Shown one piece after another: positions 11,460 to 25,967 of a stretch of DNA of 64,000 nt. The stretch comes from Eledone cirrhosa (Eukaryota): assembly GCA_964016885.1 (NCBI GenBank), contig OZ024742.1:140430001-140494000 (forward strand). Reading direction: 5' to 3'. Under the pieces are notes generated by a model. The model saw nothing but the letters and a program-made list of their open reading frames with translations. It made no database searches and had not been told where the DNA came from. The translations under genes and the position numbers were made by a program. Numbering within the stretch: position 1 is the first letter of the stretch; every line of letters starts with the position of its first letter.

Positions 11460-12632
11460 TTGTTGTTGTATGTATTTGTCACTTGATAGTGAAATCTCAC
11501 TTAGGATTAGGAAATCAAGTGATGCTTTCGAAAAGCTAGAAAGGCGACTTGGGCTCGGCGAGACATATGCAAGAAGACAAAGGTAAAGGTGTACAAGGCA
11601 TGTGTGCTTTCTTCTCTTCTTTATGCCTGCGAGACCTGGGTCACATATCAACACCACCTTAATCAATTGGAGCGTTTCCATCAGATGTGTCTCAGACGGA
11701 TCCATGGCGTTCACTGGAGGGACCACATCAGTGTTGTCGAGATTTTGGAAAGCTCTATGTGTGACAGTATAGAAGCTCTTGTGCTTAAGCAGCGACTCCA
11801 TTGGAGTGGTCACCTTGCCAGGATGAAGGATTCTAGAATACCAAAACAACTCTTTTATGGAGAGTTAGTTAAAGGAAAACGACCGTCACATAAACCAAAA
11901 AAAGAGGTATAAGGATTCCTTGAAAGCCTCTCTGAAAGACGCTAATATCTCTGCTGATACATGGGAAAATATTGCTGCTGATCGTAATAAATGGAGAAAG
12001 ACTGTATATGAGGGAAAAGTTGCCTTTGAGGCATCTCGAATCGCATACGAGAAAGTAAAGCGGGATGTGAGGAAGGGCATTGCTGTTGCACTTCCAGACG
12101 GCGAGGGTCCTCCTATGGTGCTGACATGCAGCGTCTGTGCGAGACTCTGCCTAAGCAAAGCTGGACTCAAAAGTCATCTTCGCAGTCATAAAGTAAGACC
12201 AGTGGTTGACTACCAGGCTGCTGTTGGAGATGGTACTCATCATGCTTGCCAAACATGTGGTAGAGAATGTAGATCAGCAGGAGGGCTCAAGCGACATGCA
12301 AAAGACATGAACTCCAACCACAGCTGGCTATTCCCAGTGAATGTTTTGGTTGCCGACTCTGTGCAAGACATTTTAGATCATTGGCTGGGCTAAAAAGCCA
12401 CATTCGATCGCAGCGCTGTTAGTTGCTATCGTGTGTGTGTATAGATATGTTTATGTATGTGCGTGTGTGTGTATATATATATGTATATTATTATTGTTGT
12501 TGTTGTCGTTATTATTATTATTGTTGTTATTATTATTATTATTGTTATTAATATATATGTATATATATATATATATATATATTTTTTGTTTCGTGCAATG
12601 GCCATACTCGATAACGAGGGGGCAGCCATCAT
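11460..12632 (+). mobile_element. RTE/BovB-like LINE 3' fragment with three C-terminal zinc-finger motifs (lineage C)
   Basis: LLYACETW, LERFHQMCLRRI, RLHWSGHLARM, PKQLFYGEL, with a frameshift in the A-run at ~11896. Fingers are CSVC..HLRSH, CQTC..KRH and, in a shifted frame, [23 protein letters not shown]. The terminal motif GGCCATACTCGATAACGAGGGGGCAGCCATCAT (~12600-12632) follows a microsatellite. Confidence 0.88.
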
Positions 12633-12815
12633 ATATATATGTATATATGTATATATATATATATGTATGTATATATGTATACATGTACGTATATATATAT
12701 AATCCTAACTTCTAATTTCTTATTTTTCATTATACTTAATTGCAACAACACAGCTCGCCATTTTGATTTATATACATGTAAATATAAATATGAATATATG
12801 TATGTGTGTATATAT

Positions 12816-12990
12816 ACATGGACACACTAGAAGAGGAAGACCAAGGTTAACGTATGTTGATGCCCTAAGGACAGACACTGGTCTGTTGGAGATGCAGGAC
12901 ATGGCAGCGATAATGAGGGACAGAGACCGCTGGGGAGAACTCGTCCATGGATCTCGGGAATTTTACCCGCCTTAGATAGATAGATAGATA
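12816..12990 (+). mobile_element. Lineage D 3'-terminal fragment
   Basis: Near identity to the reverse complement of 47085-47254, with a (GATA)n tail. Confidence 0.85.
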
Positions 12991-12996
12991 TATATA

Positions 12997-13178
12997 TAAC
13001 GAAGGAAATGTGTTAAGGAACCAGGTGGACCATAACGCACCAAAGTACTCAATACTTAGGGTAGTAGAGTGGGTAATAGGAACGAGTTGGACCCCGACGG
13101 CTGAGCTCAAGCCGTTTCGACGTCCAGAATTAGCCGTTGTAACAGCTTGAGCTCAATCGTCGGGGTCCTACTCGTTCC

Positions 13179-13180
<2 letters not shown>
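12997..13180. mobile_element. P1 family copy (centre partly deleted)
   Basis: Near identity to 5783-5985, TA flanks. Confidence 0.6.
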
Positions 13181-13223
<43 letters not shown>

Positions 13224-13565
13224 GTATATGTATGTATGTATATGTATGTATATGTATGTATATATATATATGTATATATATGTATGTATATATGTATGTA
13301 TATATATGTATATATATATATGTATGTATATTTATATGTATATATGTATGTATATATATATATATATATATAAATGTATGTATGTATGTATATATAAATG
13401 TATGTATGTATGTATATATAAATGTATGTATGTATATATATATATGTATATATATGTAAATATATGTATGTATGTATATAAATATATATGTATACGTATA
13501 TGTATATACGTATATATGTATGTGTATAAATATATATGTATATATGTATGTATATATATATATGT

Positions 13566-13909
13566 ATCATCATCATCATCATCATAATTTTACGTCCGTT
13601 TTCCCTGCTTGCAAGGGTGGGACGGGAACTGATTCTGGCTTGATTTCTACAGCTGCATGCCCTTCCTAACACCAACCTTATTTACAGTGTGGGCTGGGTG
13701 CTTTTTTGCCGTGGCACCTCCACGACCACTTTGCAGTGGAATGATATGGACCCCAGCCCCTATCATCTAATTTCTACAGCTGAGTAAACTGGAGCAATGT
13801 GAAATAAAGTGTCTTTCTCAAGGAAACAACACATCGCCCGGTCTGAGAATTGAACTCACAACCTTTCGATTACAAGGCCAATGCTCTAACCACTAAGCCA
13901 TGTGCCTCC
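13566..13909 (-). mobile_element. SINE S1 copy
   Basis: Full-length reverse-complement match to 318-659. Confidence 0.85.
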
Positions 13910-14028
13910 ATTATATATGTATGTATATATATACATATATAGAAAGATTTGAATGGATACAGTTTAGTTAAAAGGAATTTATTGACACGCGTTTCTATAA
14001 CAGTTACATAACCTGAAACATATATATG

Positions 14029-14059
<31 letters not shown>

Positions 14060-14080
14060 GTATATATATATATGTATATA

Positions 14081-14120
<40 letters not shown>

Positions 14121-14136
14121 CATATATATGTATATA

Positions 14137-15151
14137 CTAGCAGAGGTACCCGGCGTTGTTCGTGTATTAAATAGCAGTTGTGTATACCATTTATATCAAT
14201 ACTTGAGTGCTGCTTCGAAAACTATACTTTTACAAAATCATCGGCTTTTTCCAAAAGGGGGAACCTGCCCCCAGGGCTCCCCAACTCAATATGTGCCAAT
14301 TCTGAGAGTTCACATTCATCGGTAGGACAAACGTAGCCCATGTGTCAAGCTTTGTGAAAATCGGTTGCGAACTCCAGAAGTTATGACGTTTTGTTGCATT
14401 GCACTGCAGTGCTTCAGTCGACTCCAAGAAAGTGGTTAAAGGGGGTTATCTGCCGGCAGGCCCTATAATCAATATCTGGAAAGATGAAAGTGCCCATGAC
14501 CATCCGGAGTACATAAGTAACCTATGTCTTAAGTTTGGTGAAAATACTGTAGAAATGCATAGGGTTTATACATGCGTGTGTGTGTTTGTGGGTGTGTATA
14601 TATTTGTGTGTGTGTGTATGTATGTGTATGTTCGTCGGGGCATACGTATGTACTGGTCTAAATCTTCACTATTTACTTTTAATATTTTAATAACCTCTGT
14701 CATTTTCGTTTTCAATTTTATTTACATCATTCTTAAACTCCCGGGCTGGAAATCATTCTGTTATTTTAAATAGAATATTAGTCTAACGACTCCATTTATA
14801 CCATAAACTTGGTCTTGTCTTTGCATGAAATTGTTCTTCTCGCTCCACATAACGACGTATTATCCTCGCTTTTTTCCCGTTCATTGCCAGGGAACGTCTT
14901 CACGAACCAAAATATCGTCTTCCTGTTTTCGTTCGGTTGCAACGTTTCTCGAAATATTTACTTTTGCGTTCACAGATTACTCTCAGTTCAATTTGAATAG
15001 GAAATTCCTGTTTCATCGATTTTCTCGTGGGGTCATTCTGTATAAGTGTGTAAATTTTCGCTGCATTCCACCAAGCCGTTTCGACTTTTTTCCGACTACA
15101 CCTACTTACTTAAATATACAACGTCTGACCACTTCCAATTTATATAGTAGA
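14137..15151 (-). mobile_element. Non-autonomous Helitron (~1.0 kb)
   Basis: Minus strand starts A|TCTACTATATAAA (15151) and ends with a GC-rich hairpin plus CTAG|T (14137). No TSD. Confidence 0.75.
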
Positions 15152-15290
15152 TGTATGTGTATATATATATATATATTTGAGGGCGGCTGGCTGTGAATCT
15201 AGTTGGTCAGCCGCTGTCTCTGTCTCCAGTTTCTCGGACCCATGGTTTTTCGGACCCATGGCATTTTACATATTCCTTTGTTATATTCCA

Positions 15291-15348
15291 ATACCTGATG
15301 ATATCACCGGATTCATATGGAACCCGGTCATTGAAATGATCATAGTAT
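15291..15348 (+). ncRNA. Minimal type I hammerhead ribozyme (family HH-C)
   Basis: Stem I ATAC/GTAT. CTGATGA at 15295-15301. Imperfect stem II around ACCGG..CCGGT. GAAA at 15333-15336. Palindromic stem III ATGATCAT. AUA cleavage after 15344, with AATAAA just downstream. Sits in a ~220-bp island (15176-15396) between TA tracts. Confidence 0.68.
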
Positions 15349-15394
15349 AATAAACATTTCATAGATTTACACCAGTCCAGCCTCCTGTTATTTC

Positions 15395-15426
<32 letters not shown>

Positions 15427-15430
<4 letters not shown>

Positions 15431-15562
15431 CGAGGGAAAAGTGGTAAGGAACCAGGTGGACCATAACGCACCAAAGTACTCAATACTTAGGGTAGTAGAG
15501 TGGGTAATAGGAGTAAGTAAGACCCCGACGGCTGAGCTCAAGCCGTTTCGACGGCTAATTCT
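15427..15562. mobile_element. P1 family copy (left arm only)
   Basis: Near identity to 5783-5918. Confidence 0.6.
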
Positions 15563-15621
15563 GTACTATATATATATATGTATGTATATGTATATATTTA
15601 TACATATATATATATGTATGT

Positions 15622-16020
15622 ATCATCATCATCATCATCATCATCGTTTAACGTCCATCTTCCACGCTTGCAAGGGTTTGGACGGGAGTTTTCCCACTTG
15701 AGGCAAGATTGGTTGTCCTGCTTGTATAGGACTGTCAGGCGGGTTTTCTACGGCTGGTTGCTCTTCCTAACACCAACCACGTTTACAGTGTGGACTGGGA
15801 GGTGTTTACCGTGTTACCTACACGGCCACATTACAGTGTGTTTTTTTGTTGTGACACCTACACGACCTCATTTGTTTCGGACTGGATGTTGTGTACAAAC
15901 ATAACTTCACATTTAAGGGGGTGGTGTGGATGGGGTGGGGATAGTGGGACGGGGGTGTATTTTGTTAGAGGTTCCTACTGACTGTAGGTTTTGCTTTGTA
16001 CTTAGGCAAGGCGGGTCTTA
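15622..16020 (-). mobile_element. Lineage B 3' UTR copy
   Basis: Reverse-complement match to ~18445-18862. Confidence 0.78.
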
Positions 16021-16589
16021 TGTATATATGTATGTATATATACATATGTATGTATATATGTATGTATATGTATATATATATGTATGTATATGTATATATA
16101 TATATACATATATATGTATATATGTATGTATATATACATTATATGTATATATGTATGTATATATACATTATATGTATATATACATTATATGTATATATAT
16201 ATATGTATATGTATGTGTATATATGTATGTATATATACATATATATGTATATATGAATGTATATATATGTATATATATATATATATATGTATGTATATAT
16301 ATGTATATGTATATATGTATATATATGTATGTGTATATATATGTATGTGTATATATATGTATGTGTATATATATGTATGTGTGTATATATATATGTATAT
16401 ATATATATATGTATATATATATGTATGTATATGTATATGTATATATATGTGTATATGTATATATATGTGTATATATATGTGTATATATATGTATATATAT
16501 GTATATATATGTATATATATATATGTGTGTATATATATATGTATGTATATATATATATATATGTATGTATATGTTTATGTGTATATATA

Positions 16590-16920
16590 TCGTCATCATT
16601 TTACGTCCGCTTTTCCCTGCTTGCAAGGGTGGGACGGGAACTGATTCTGGCTTGATTTCTACAGCTGGATGCCCTTCCTAACACCAACCTTATTTACAGT
16701 GAGTGCTGGGCGCTTTTTTGCCGTGGCACCTCCACAACCACTTTACAGTGGAATGATATGGACCCCAGTCCCTATGATCTCATTTCTACAGCTGAGTAAA
16801 CTGGAGCAATGTGAAATAAAGTGTCTTGCTCAAGGAAACAACACATTACCCGGTCTGTGAATTGAACTCACAACCTTTCGATTGCAAGGCCAATGCTCTA
16901 ACCACTAAGCCATGTGCCTC
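16590..16920 (-). mobile_element. SINE S1 copy
   Basis: Full-length reverse-complement match to 318-659. Confidence 0.85.
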
Positions 16921-16950
16921 TATATGTATATATATATATGTATGTATGTG

Positions 16951-16983
<33 letters not shown>

Positions 16984-17106
16984 GTATATATGTATATATG
17001 TATATATATATGTATATATATGTATATATGTATATATATATGTATATATATATGTATATATATATATGTATATATATATGTATATATATATAAATATATG
17101 TATATA

Positions 17107-17163
<57 letters not shown>

Positions 17164-17202
17164 GTATATATATATGTATATATATATAAATATATGTATA
17201 TA

Positions 17203-17273
<71 letters not shown>

Positions 17274-17536
17274 GTATATATATATAAATATCATCATCAT
17301 CATCTTCGTTTAACGTCCATTTTCCACGCTAGTATGGGTTAGATGGGAGTTGTCCCGCTTGAGGCGAGGATGGTCGGGTGACCGTGTCTCGCTCATATAG
17401 GACTATCTAGCAGGTTTTTTACGGCTGGATGCCCTTCCTAACACCAACCACATTTACAGTTTGGAACTGGGAACTTTTTACCATGTTACCTACAAATATA
17501 TATATGCATGTATATATGTATGTATATATATGCATG

Positions 17537-17569
<33 letters not shown>

Positions 17570-17767
17570 GCATGTATATATATATATGTATGTATATATA
17601 TATATATGTATACTCATCTTTTTCCATTTATCTGAGGGTTCTAAACCCCATTATCAGGCTAAAATTTCCTTTAGTCAAAATACACTGAAAGGTATTCTAT
17701 TTTCTAATTTAAAACCTGCTCACTGTTTCAAAACATACTTACTTGATATATATATATATACATATAT

Positions 17768-18862
17768 ATGCTAACTAAGAACATAGATTTTACATGTGGC
17801 CGGTGCTCTGGTGCAATAAGTAGCAGCAAGTGCCCACAAAATACTAGCTCTTTCAATTGCGCAGAGGGTTCTATAGAAATAGTGGACAGCTTCCGTTACC
17901 TGGGCGATAAAATCAGCAGTGGGGGAGGGTGCTCTGAAAGTACTGTAGCTAGAGTCAGAACTGGTTGGAAAAAGTTCAGAGAGCTTATACCACTATTAGC
18001 TGCTAAAGGGTTCTCACTAAAAATGAAAGGCAGGTTGTACGATGCCTGCATACGAACAGCAATGCTGCATGGCAGTGAGACCTGGGCATTGTGTGCAGAG
18101 GATATACGCAGACTAGAGAGGAACGAAGCTTGCATGCTCCGCTGGATGTGTAACAGTAATATACGTGAACGGCAAAGCATAAACGAACTAAGGAAAAAAT
18201 TAGAGATAAGAGGGATCAGATGTTGTTTACTCGAGAGAAGGCTACGTTGGTATGGACACGTGATGCGCATGAAAGTCGACAGCTGTATAACAAAGTGCAG
18301 GGCAATAAAGATAGACGGTAGTCACGGAATAGGCAGACCTAGAAAAACCTGGGACGAGCTGATAAACTCCGACATCACACACTTACACCTCTCCAAGACA
18401 ATGTCACTGGACCGAGACCTTTGGCGGTACTCAGTAACAGAGAAGACCCGCCTTACCTAAATATATAGTAAAACCTACTCCAGCCAGTAGGCATCTCTAA
18501 CAAAATACACCCCGTCCCACCACCACCACCCCCACCCCATCCACACCACCCCGTTCTATGTAAAGTTATGTTGGTGCCGCGCCATCGAGGCCGAAACAAA
18601 TGAGATCGTGTAGGTGTCACGACAAAAAAACACACAGTCCACGCTGTAATGTGGCCGTGTAGGCAACACGGTAAAAACCTCCCAGACCCACACTGTAAAT
18701 GTGGTTGGTGTTAGGAAGGGCATCCAACTGTAGAAAACCTGCCAGACAGTCCTATGCGAGCAAGACAATCACTCTTGCCTCAAGTGGGACTACCCCCGTC
18801 CAAACCCATGCAAGCGTGGAACACGGACGTTAAACGTTGATGATGATGATGATGATGATGAT
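17768..18862 (+). mobile_element. RTE lineage B 3' fragment: ORF end (17768-18460), ~400-nt 3' UTR and (GAT)n tail
   Basis: Protein homologous to the lineage A C-terminus (FRYLGD, MLHGSETW, RLRWYGHVMR, GRPRKTW). The UTR recurs many times in the window. Confidence 0.88.
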
Positions 18863-19120
18863 ATATTTTTTTTTCACGGCACAGGCATTGCTTTATATCT
18901 GGAGATCTCTCTGCACTTGTCGTCACATGGTACCATGGGCCCAGCACTATGTGTCAATAATTACCACAAGTATAGTGTTTGTACCAGTGTTTTCAAGTCG
19001 CTGGTTGGACTGAAAAGTCACATTCGTTCAGCGCCTCGGTAGTGGTTCTCCTACATGGATATAAAGTAGTGGCCGTACTTGAAAACGAGTTGGCAGCCAC
19101 CATATATATATGTATGTATA

Positions 19121-19158
<38 letters not shown>

Positions 19159-19521
19159 ATGTATATATATATGTGTGTATGCATGTATAAGTATGTATAT
19201 ATATAGATATAGATGTCTGTGTGTGTATGTATGTATATATATATATATATATCTGTATGTATGTATATGTATATGTATATATATATATGTGTGTGTGTAT
19301 GTATGTATGTATGTATATATATATAGTGTATGTATCATCATCATCATCATCGGTGTGTATATATATACATATATGTTTATGTGTGTGTGTGTGTGTGTAT
19401 CTATGTGTATGTATATATATATAGTGTATGTATGTGTATTTATGTGTGTGTATTTATATGTGAATGTATGTATGTATATATATATGTATGTATATATATA
19501 TATGTGTGTGTATTTATATGT

Positions 19522-19792
19522 GTATAACACCTTGATCACCTTGACCGACCAGTCTGTGTCGGGCGCCAATCGGCGCCGCTGGTCACAACACATTGTGCTG
19601 TTTTAGCCATAAGATAACGCCATCCCACTGGCTGGGCGGCCAGGCCGGTACTCATTTCACAGCTGAGTAAACTAGAGCAACATGAAATAATGTGTCTTGC
19701 TCAAGGAAACAACACATCACCTGGTCCGAGCATTGAATTCACAACCTTTCGATTGCAAGCCCAATGCTCTAACCACTAAGCCATGCGCCTTC
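19522..19792 (-). mobile_element. SINE with S1 head and a different GC-rich tail
   Basis: 19650-19792 matches the S1 head and core. 19522-19650 is unrelated to the S1 tail. Confidence 0.7.
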
Positions 19793-19901
19793 ACATGTGT
19801 ATATATATGTATTTATTTATTTATGTATATTATATGTATGTATATGTTTAAGGTGTGTGTGTGTCTGTGTATTTATGTGTGTATATATATATATATATAT
19901 A

Positions 19902-20013
19902 TAACGAAGGAAATGTGGTAAGGAACCAGCTGGAGCATAACGCACCAAAGTACTCAATACTGAGAATTAGCCGTCGAAACGGCTTGAGCTCAGCCGTCGG
20001 GGTCCTACTCGTT

Positions 20014-20018
<5 letters not shown>
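19902..20018. mobile_element. P1 family copy (left arm deleted, right arm kept)
   Basis: Leader matches 5783-5842, followed directly by AGAATTAGCCGTCGAAACGGCTTGAGCTCAGCCGTCGGGGTCC. Confidence 0.58.
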
Positions 20019-20050
<32 letters not shown>

Positions 20051-21224
20051 TTATTTATTTATGTATATTATATGTATGTATATGTTTAAGGTGTGTGTGT
20101 GTGTGTGTCTCTGTGTATTTATGTGTATATATATATATATATATGTATTTATGTATATTACATGTATGTATATGTTTAAGGTGTGTGTGTGTGTATTTAT
20201 ATATATATATTATCATCATCATCACATATATATATGTATACATAAATATAAACAACTTAATGAATAGAGTTTTGTAGCATAGAACCAGGGACAGTGTTAT
20301 GTGGTTGACTATTCAAAATTGAAATTATTGTACAATTGTTTTGGGGAATCATAACTTTAACCCAAACCCACTTCTCTTAAAGTGTTTGAATTTAAATTCA
20401 AATCTTAACATTAAATTTCAGTTGATAACTATTTTTCTTATTTTGTTGAAAGTTAATTATTTCTCTAAATCTGAACCTCTCCTAATTCTAGATTATTTTG
20501 ATTATTGAAATATAATTGTTTCTACTTTTTGGCACAAGGCCAGCAATTGGGGAAAGGAGATCCCACATTCATCAGTAAATGATGAAATGCACTACATATT
20601 TCCAAATTTCCATTACATATATACACAGTTACAACTACAAGCTCTTCTTGTTAGAAATATTATCATAAAAGAATTAAATTTCTAGATTGAGATATTAATC
20701 TCTTGAATGATTCTTTTTCTCTCTCCTCACCATCATCAAATAAATATAGAATAGATCATAAAGGTGGCTGTTAGTTGCAACTGAAGAAAATATTTAAATA
20801 ATGATATGTTAGACAAAGATTTAATTGAAAATGCAACTGTACACTATTTCATTGATAATGTTTCCATTATTTGAAGATCTGATCTATGATTTTGTTATTA
20901 CAATTGTAATTAAATAAAAAAAAGAATCTATGAAAGTCTGAATGTTTTCTAAAAAAAATGGTGAGATTTTCGTTTATAGCTATGTTTTCGTGGATGTTAT
21001 GCTATGAAGAAGGCTGCCGAAGCCATTTTTATAATGTAAAGTATAGATTGGTTTTTAGCAGTCATGTGAATAGTATGATGTGGAAGACATCTTGAATTTG
21101 AGTGTGTGATGTAATTTTGTATAATTTGATAGCTTAGAGAACCTCACTTAAATAACTTATCTGTGTGTGTATTTATTTTCTTTTAATCAATATATCAGTG
21201 AGTATAAATGTATGTGTATGTATG

Positions 21225-21265
<41 letters not shown>

Positions 21266-21557
21266 GCTTGTGTGTATGTATATAATATCTGTGTGTCTGT
21301 TATTTTTAATTAATGCTAGGTGGAAAGGTATATATACACATATATATAAATGTGTGAGTCTAAATATATATGTATATGTGTGTAAATATGTATGTCAACA
21401 TAAATGGCAGTTAATAGCTTAGAGTACCTCATAAATAATTTATGTGTATATACGTGTACGTTTTTCTTTTAATCAATGTTTTATGGAAAGATGTATATAT
21501 ATATAAGTTAGTATAAATATATGTGTATGTGTGGGTGAGTAAATATATATGTGTGTG

Positions 21558-21862
21558 TGAAGGCACGTGACTTAGTGGTTCAGGTGTTCAGCTCACAACC
21601 GTAAGATTGTGAGTTCAATTACTGGACCAGGCAGTGTGTTGTGTCCTCGAGTAATACATATTTTTTCATGTTGCTCCAATACACTCAATTGGGAAAAATG
21701 AATTGTACCTGTAATTTAAGGGGCCTGAGAACTACGTTAAGTGATTGATGTCTGTGGAATGCTCAGCCACTTACATGTTAATTTCACAACTAGGCAGTTC
21801 TATTGATTATATCAACTGGAGCACTTTTTGTTGGAAATGACGGAGATCCAACAACAACCAAC
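21558..21862 (+). mobile_element. Older SINE with S1-like head and (CAA)n-ending tail
   Basis: A/B-box-like motifs. The tail GTCTGTGGAATGCTCAGCCACTT..ATCAACTGGA also occurs at ~32920-33065, 50020-50140 and 57570-57735 (-). Confidence 0.65.
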
Positions 21863-22345
21863 ATTTGTATGTATGTATGTATAAAACAAATTAAGATGAC
21901 AGATAGTCATCATAATTTGTTTTATGTGGTCTATGTTAAAAATGACACTTTTCTATTCTTAAAATTCTCCCCTCTATATTTCTATCTGTAAGTACATAAA
22001 CACATTGAGCTTCAATTTCTCAAGTAATTCTAGCTGTATGTTTTTTCTTGTGCATTATCAATATATATATCATCATCATCATCATCATCGTTTAACGTCC
22101 ATATTCCACGCTTCCATGGGTTTGGACGCGGGTTTTCCCACTTGAGGCAAGAGTGGTTGTCTTGCTCGCATAGGACTGTCTGGCGGGTTTTCTATGGCTG
22201 GATGCCCTTCCTAACACCAACCACATTTACAGTGTGGAACTGGGAGGTTTTTACCGTGTTGCCCACACGGCCACATTACAGCGTGGACTGTGTGTTTTTT
22301 TGTCCAACTAATTAGTTTCTGTAAGGGGATACATATAGTTACATA

Positions 22346-22721
22346 ATATATACGTATATATATATTTTATGTATACATATATATATACATATATATATAC
22401 ATAAAATATATATATACATATATATACGTATATATACATATATATATATACGTATATATATATATATATATATACGTATATATACATATATATATATATA
22501 CGTATATATATATATATATATATATACGTATATATATATATGTATATATACGTATATATATATATATATATATACGTATATATACATATATATATATATA
22601 CGTATATATACATATATATATATATACGTATATATATATATATATATATATATACGTATATATATATATGTATATATACGTATATATATGTATATATATA
22701 TACGTATATATATATTTTATG

Positions 22722-22782
<61 letters not shown>

Positions 22783-22832
22783 GTATATATACATATATAT
22801 ATATACGTATATATATATATATATATATATAC

Positions 22833-22892
<60 letters not shown>
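22346..22892. repeat. (TA)n tract punctuated by CG (TATACGTATA units)
   Basis: Direct inspection. Confidence 0.95.
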
Positions 22893-22895
22893 CGT

Positions 22896-23200
22896 TCATC
22901 ATCATTTCATCATTTCATTTTACCTCCGCTTTTCCCTGCTTACAAGGGTGGGACGGGAACTGATTCTGGCTTGATTTCTACAGCTGGATGCCCTTCCTAA
23001 CACCAACCTCATTGGGTGCTTTTGCAGTGGAATTATAGGGACCTCAGTCCCTATCATCTCATTTCTACAGCTGAGTAAACTGGAGCAATGTGAAATAAAG
23101 TGTCTTGCTCAAGGAAACAACACATCACCCGGTCTGGGAATTGAACTCACAACCTTTCGATTGCAAGGCCAATGCTCTAACCACTAAGCCATGTGCCTCC
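22896..23200 (-). mobile_element. SINE S1 copy with internal deletion
   Basis: Matches 318-659 but lacks part of the middle. Confidence 0.82.
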
Positions 23201-24942
<1,742 letters not shown>

Positions 24943-24944
24943 TG

Positions 24945-25402
24945 TGGACCGAGATCTTTGGCGAGATCTGGAACGAGATCTTTGGCGCTACACAGTAATA
25001 GAGAAGACCCGCCTTCCCTAAGTACACAGTGAAACCTACAGTCAGTAGACACCTCTAACAAAATACACCCTCGTCCCACTACCCCCACCCCATCCACACA
25101 ACCCCTTTCAATGTAAAGTTATGTTGGTACCACAACATCCAGCCCGAAACAAATGAGGTCGTGTAGGTGTCACAACAAAAAACACACAGTCCACGCTGTA
25201 ATGTGGCCGTGTAGGTAACACGGTAAAAACCTCCCAGTTCCACACTGTAAATGTGGTTGGTGTTAGGAAGGGCATCCAGCCGTAGAAAACCCGCCAGACA
25301 GTCCTATGCGAGCAAGACAACCACTCTTGCCTCAAGTGGGTAAACTCCCGTCCAAACCCATGCAAACGTGGAAGATGGACGTTAAACGATGATGATGATG
25401 AT
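24945..25402 (+). mobile_element. Lineage B 3' end (last codons plus UTR)
   Basis: Matches 18408-18862. Other truncated UTR copies lie at ~218-292 (+), 792-958 (-), 10928-11143 (+), 15622-16020 (-), 17291-17490 (-), 22070-22305 (-) and 25512-25780 (-). Confidence 0.8.
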
Positions 25403-25967
25403 TTATATATGTATATATATATATACATCATCATCATCATCATCATCATCATCGTTTAACGTCCATATCCAACCATGATGATGATGATGTATATACGTAT
25501 ATATATATATACATCATCATCATCATCGTTTAACGTCCATATCCAACCACGTTTACAGTGTGGACTGGGAGGTTTTTACTGTGTGACCTACACGGCCACA
25601 TTACAGCGTGGACTGTGTTTTTTTGTCGTGACATCTACACGTCCGGCGGGTTTTCTACGGCTGAGTGCCCTTGCCAACACCAACCACGTTTACAGTGTGT
25701 ACTGGGAGGTTTTTACCGTGTTACCTACACAGCCACATTACAGCGTGGACTGTGTGTTTTTTTGTCATGACACCTACACGAATATATATATATATACACA
25801 CACAGACACACACACATAAATTTGTATTAGCGCTTGAAGAAAGATCACTATCTTGATGCCTCTTGGTTTCAGGAGGCATGATCAAATTCAGACCTTACCC
25901 CATTTGTTCCGTGTATGAACATAAACAAATAATATAATATAATATATATATATATATATATAAAATA

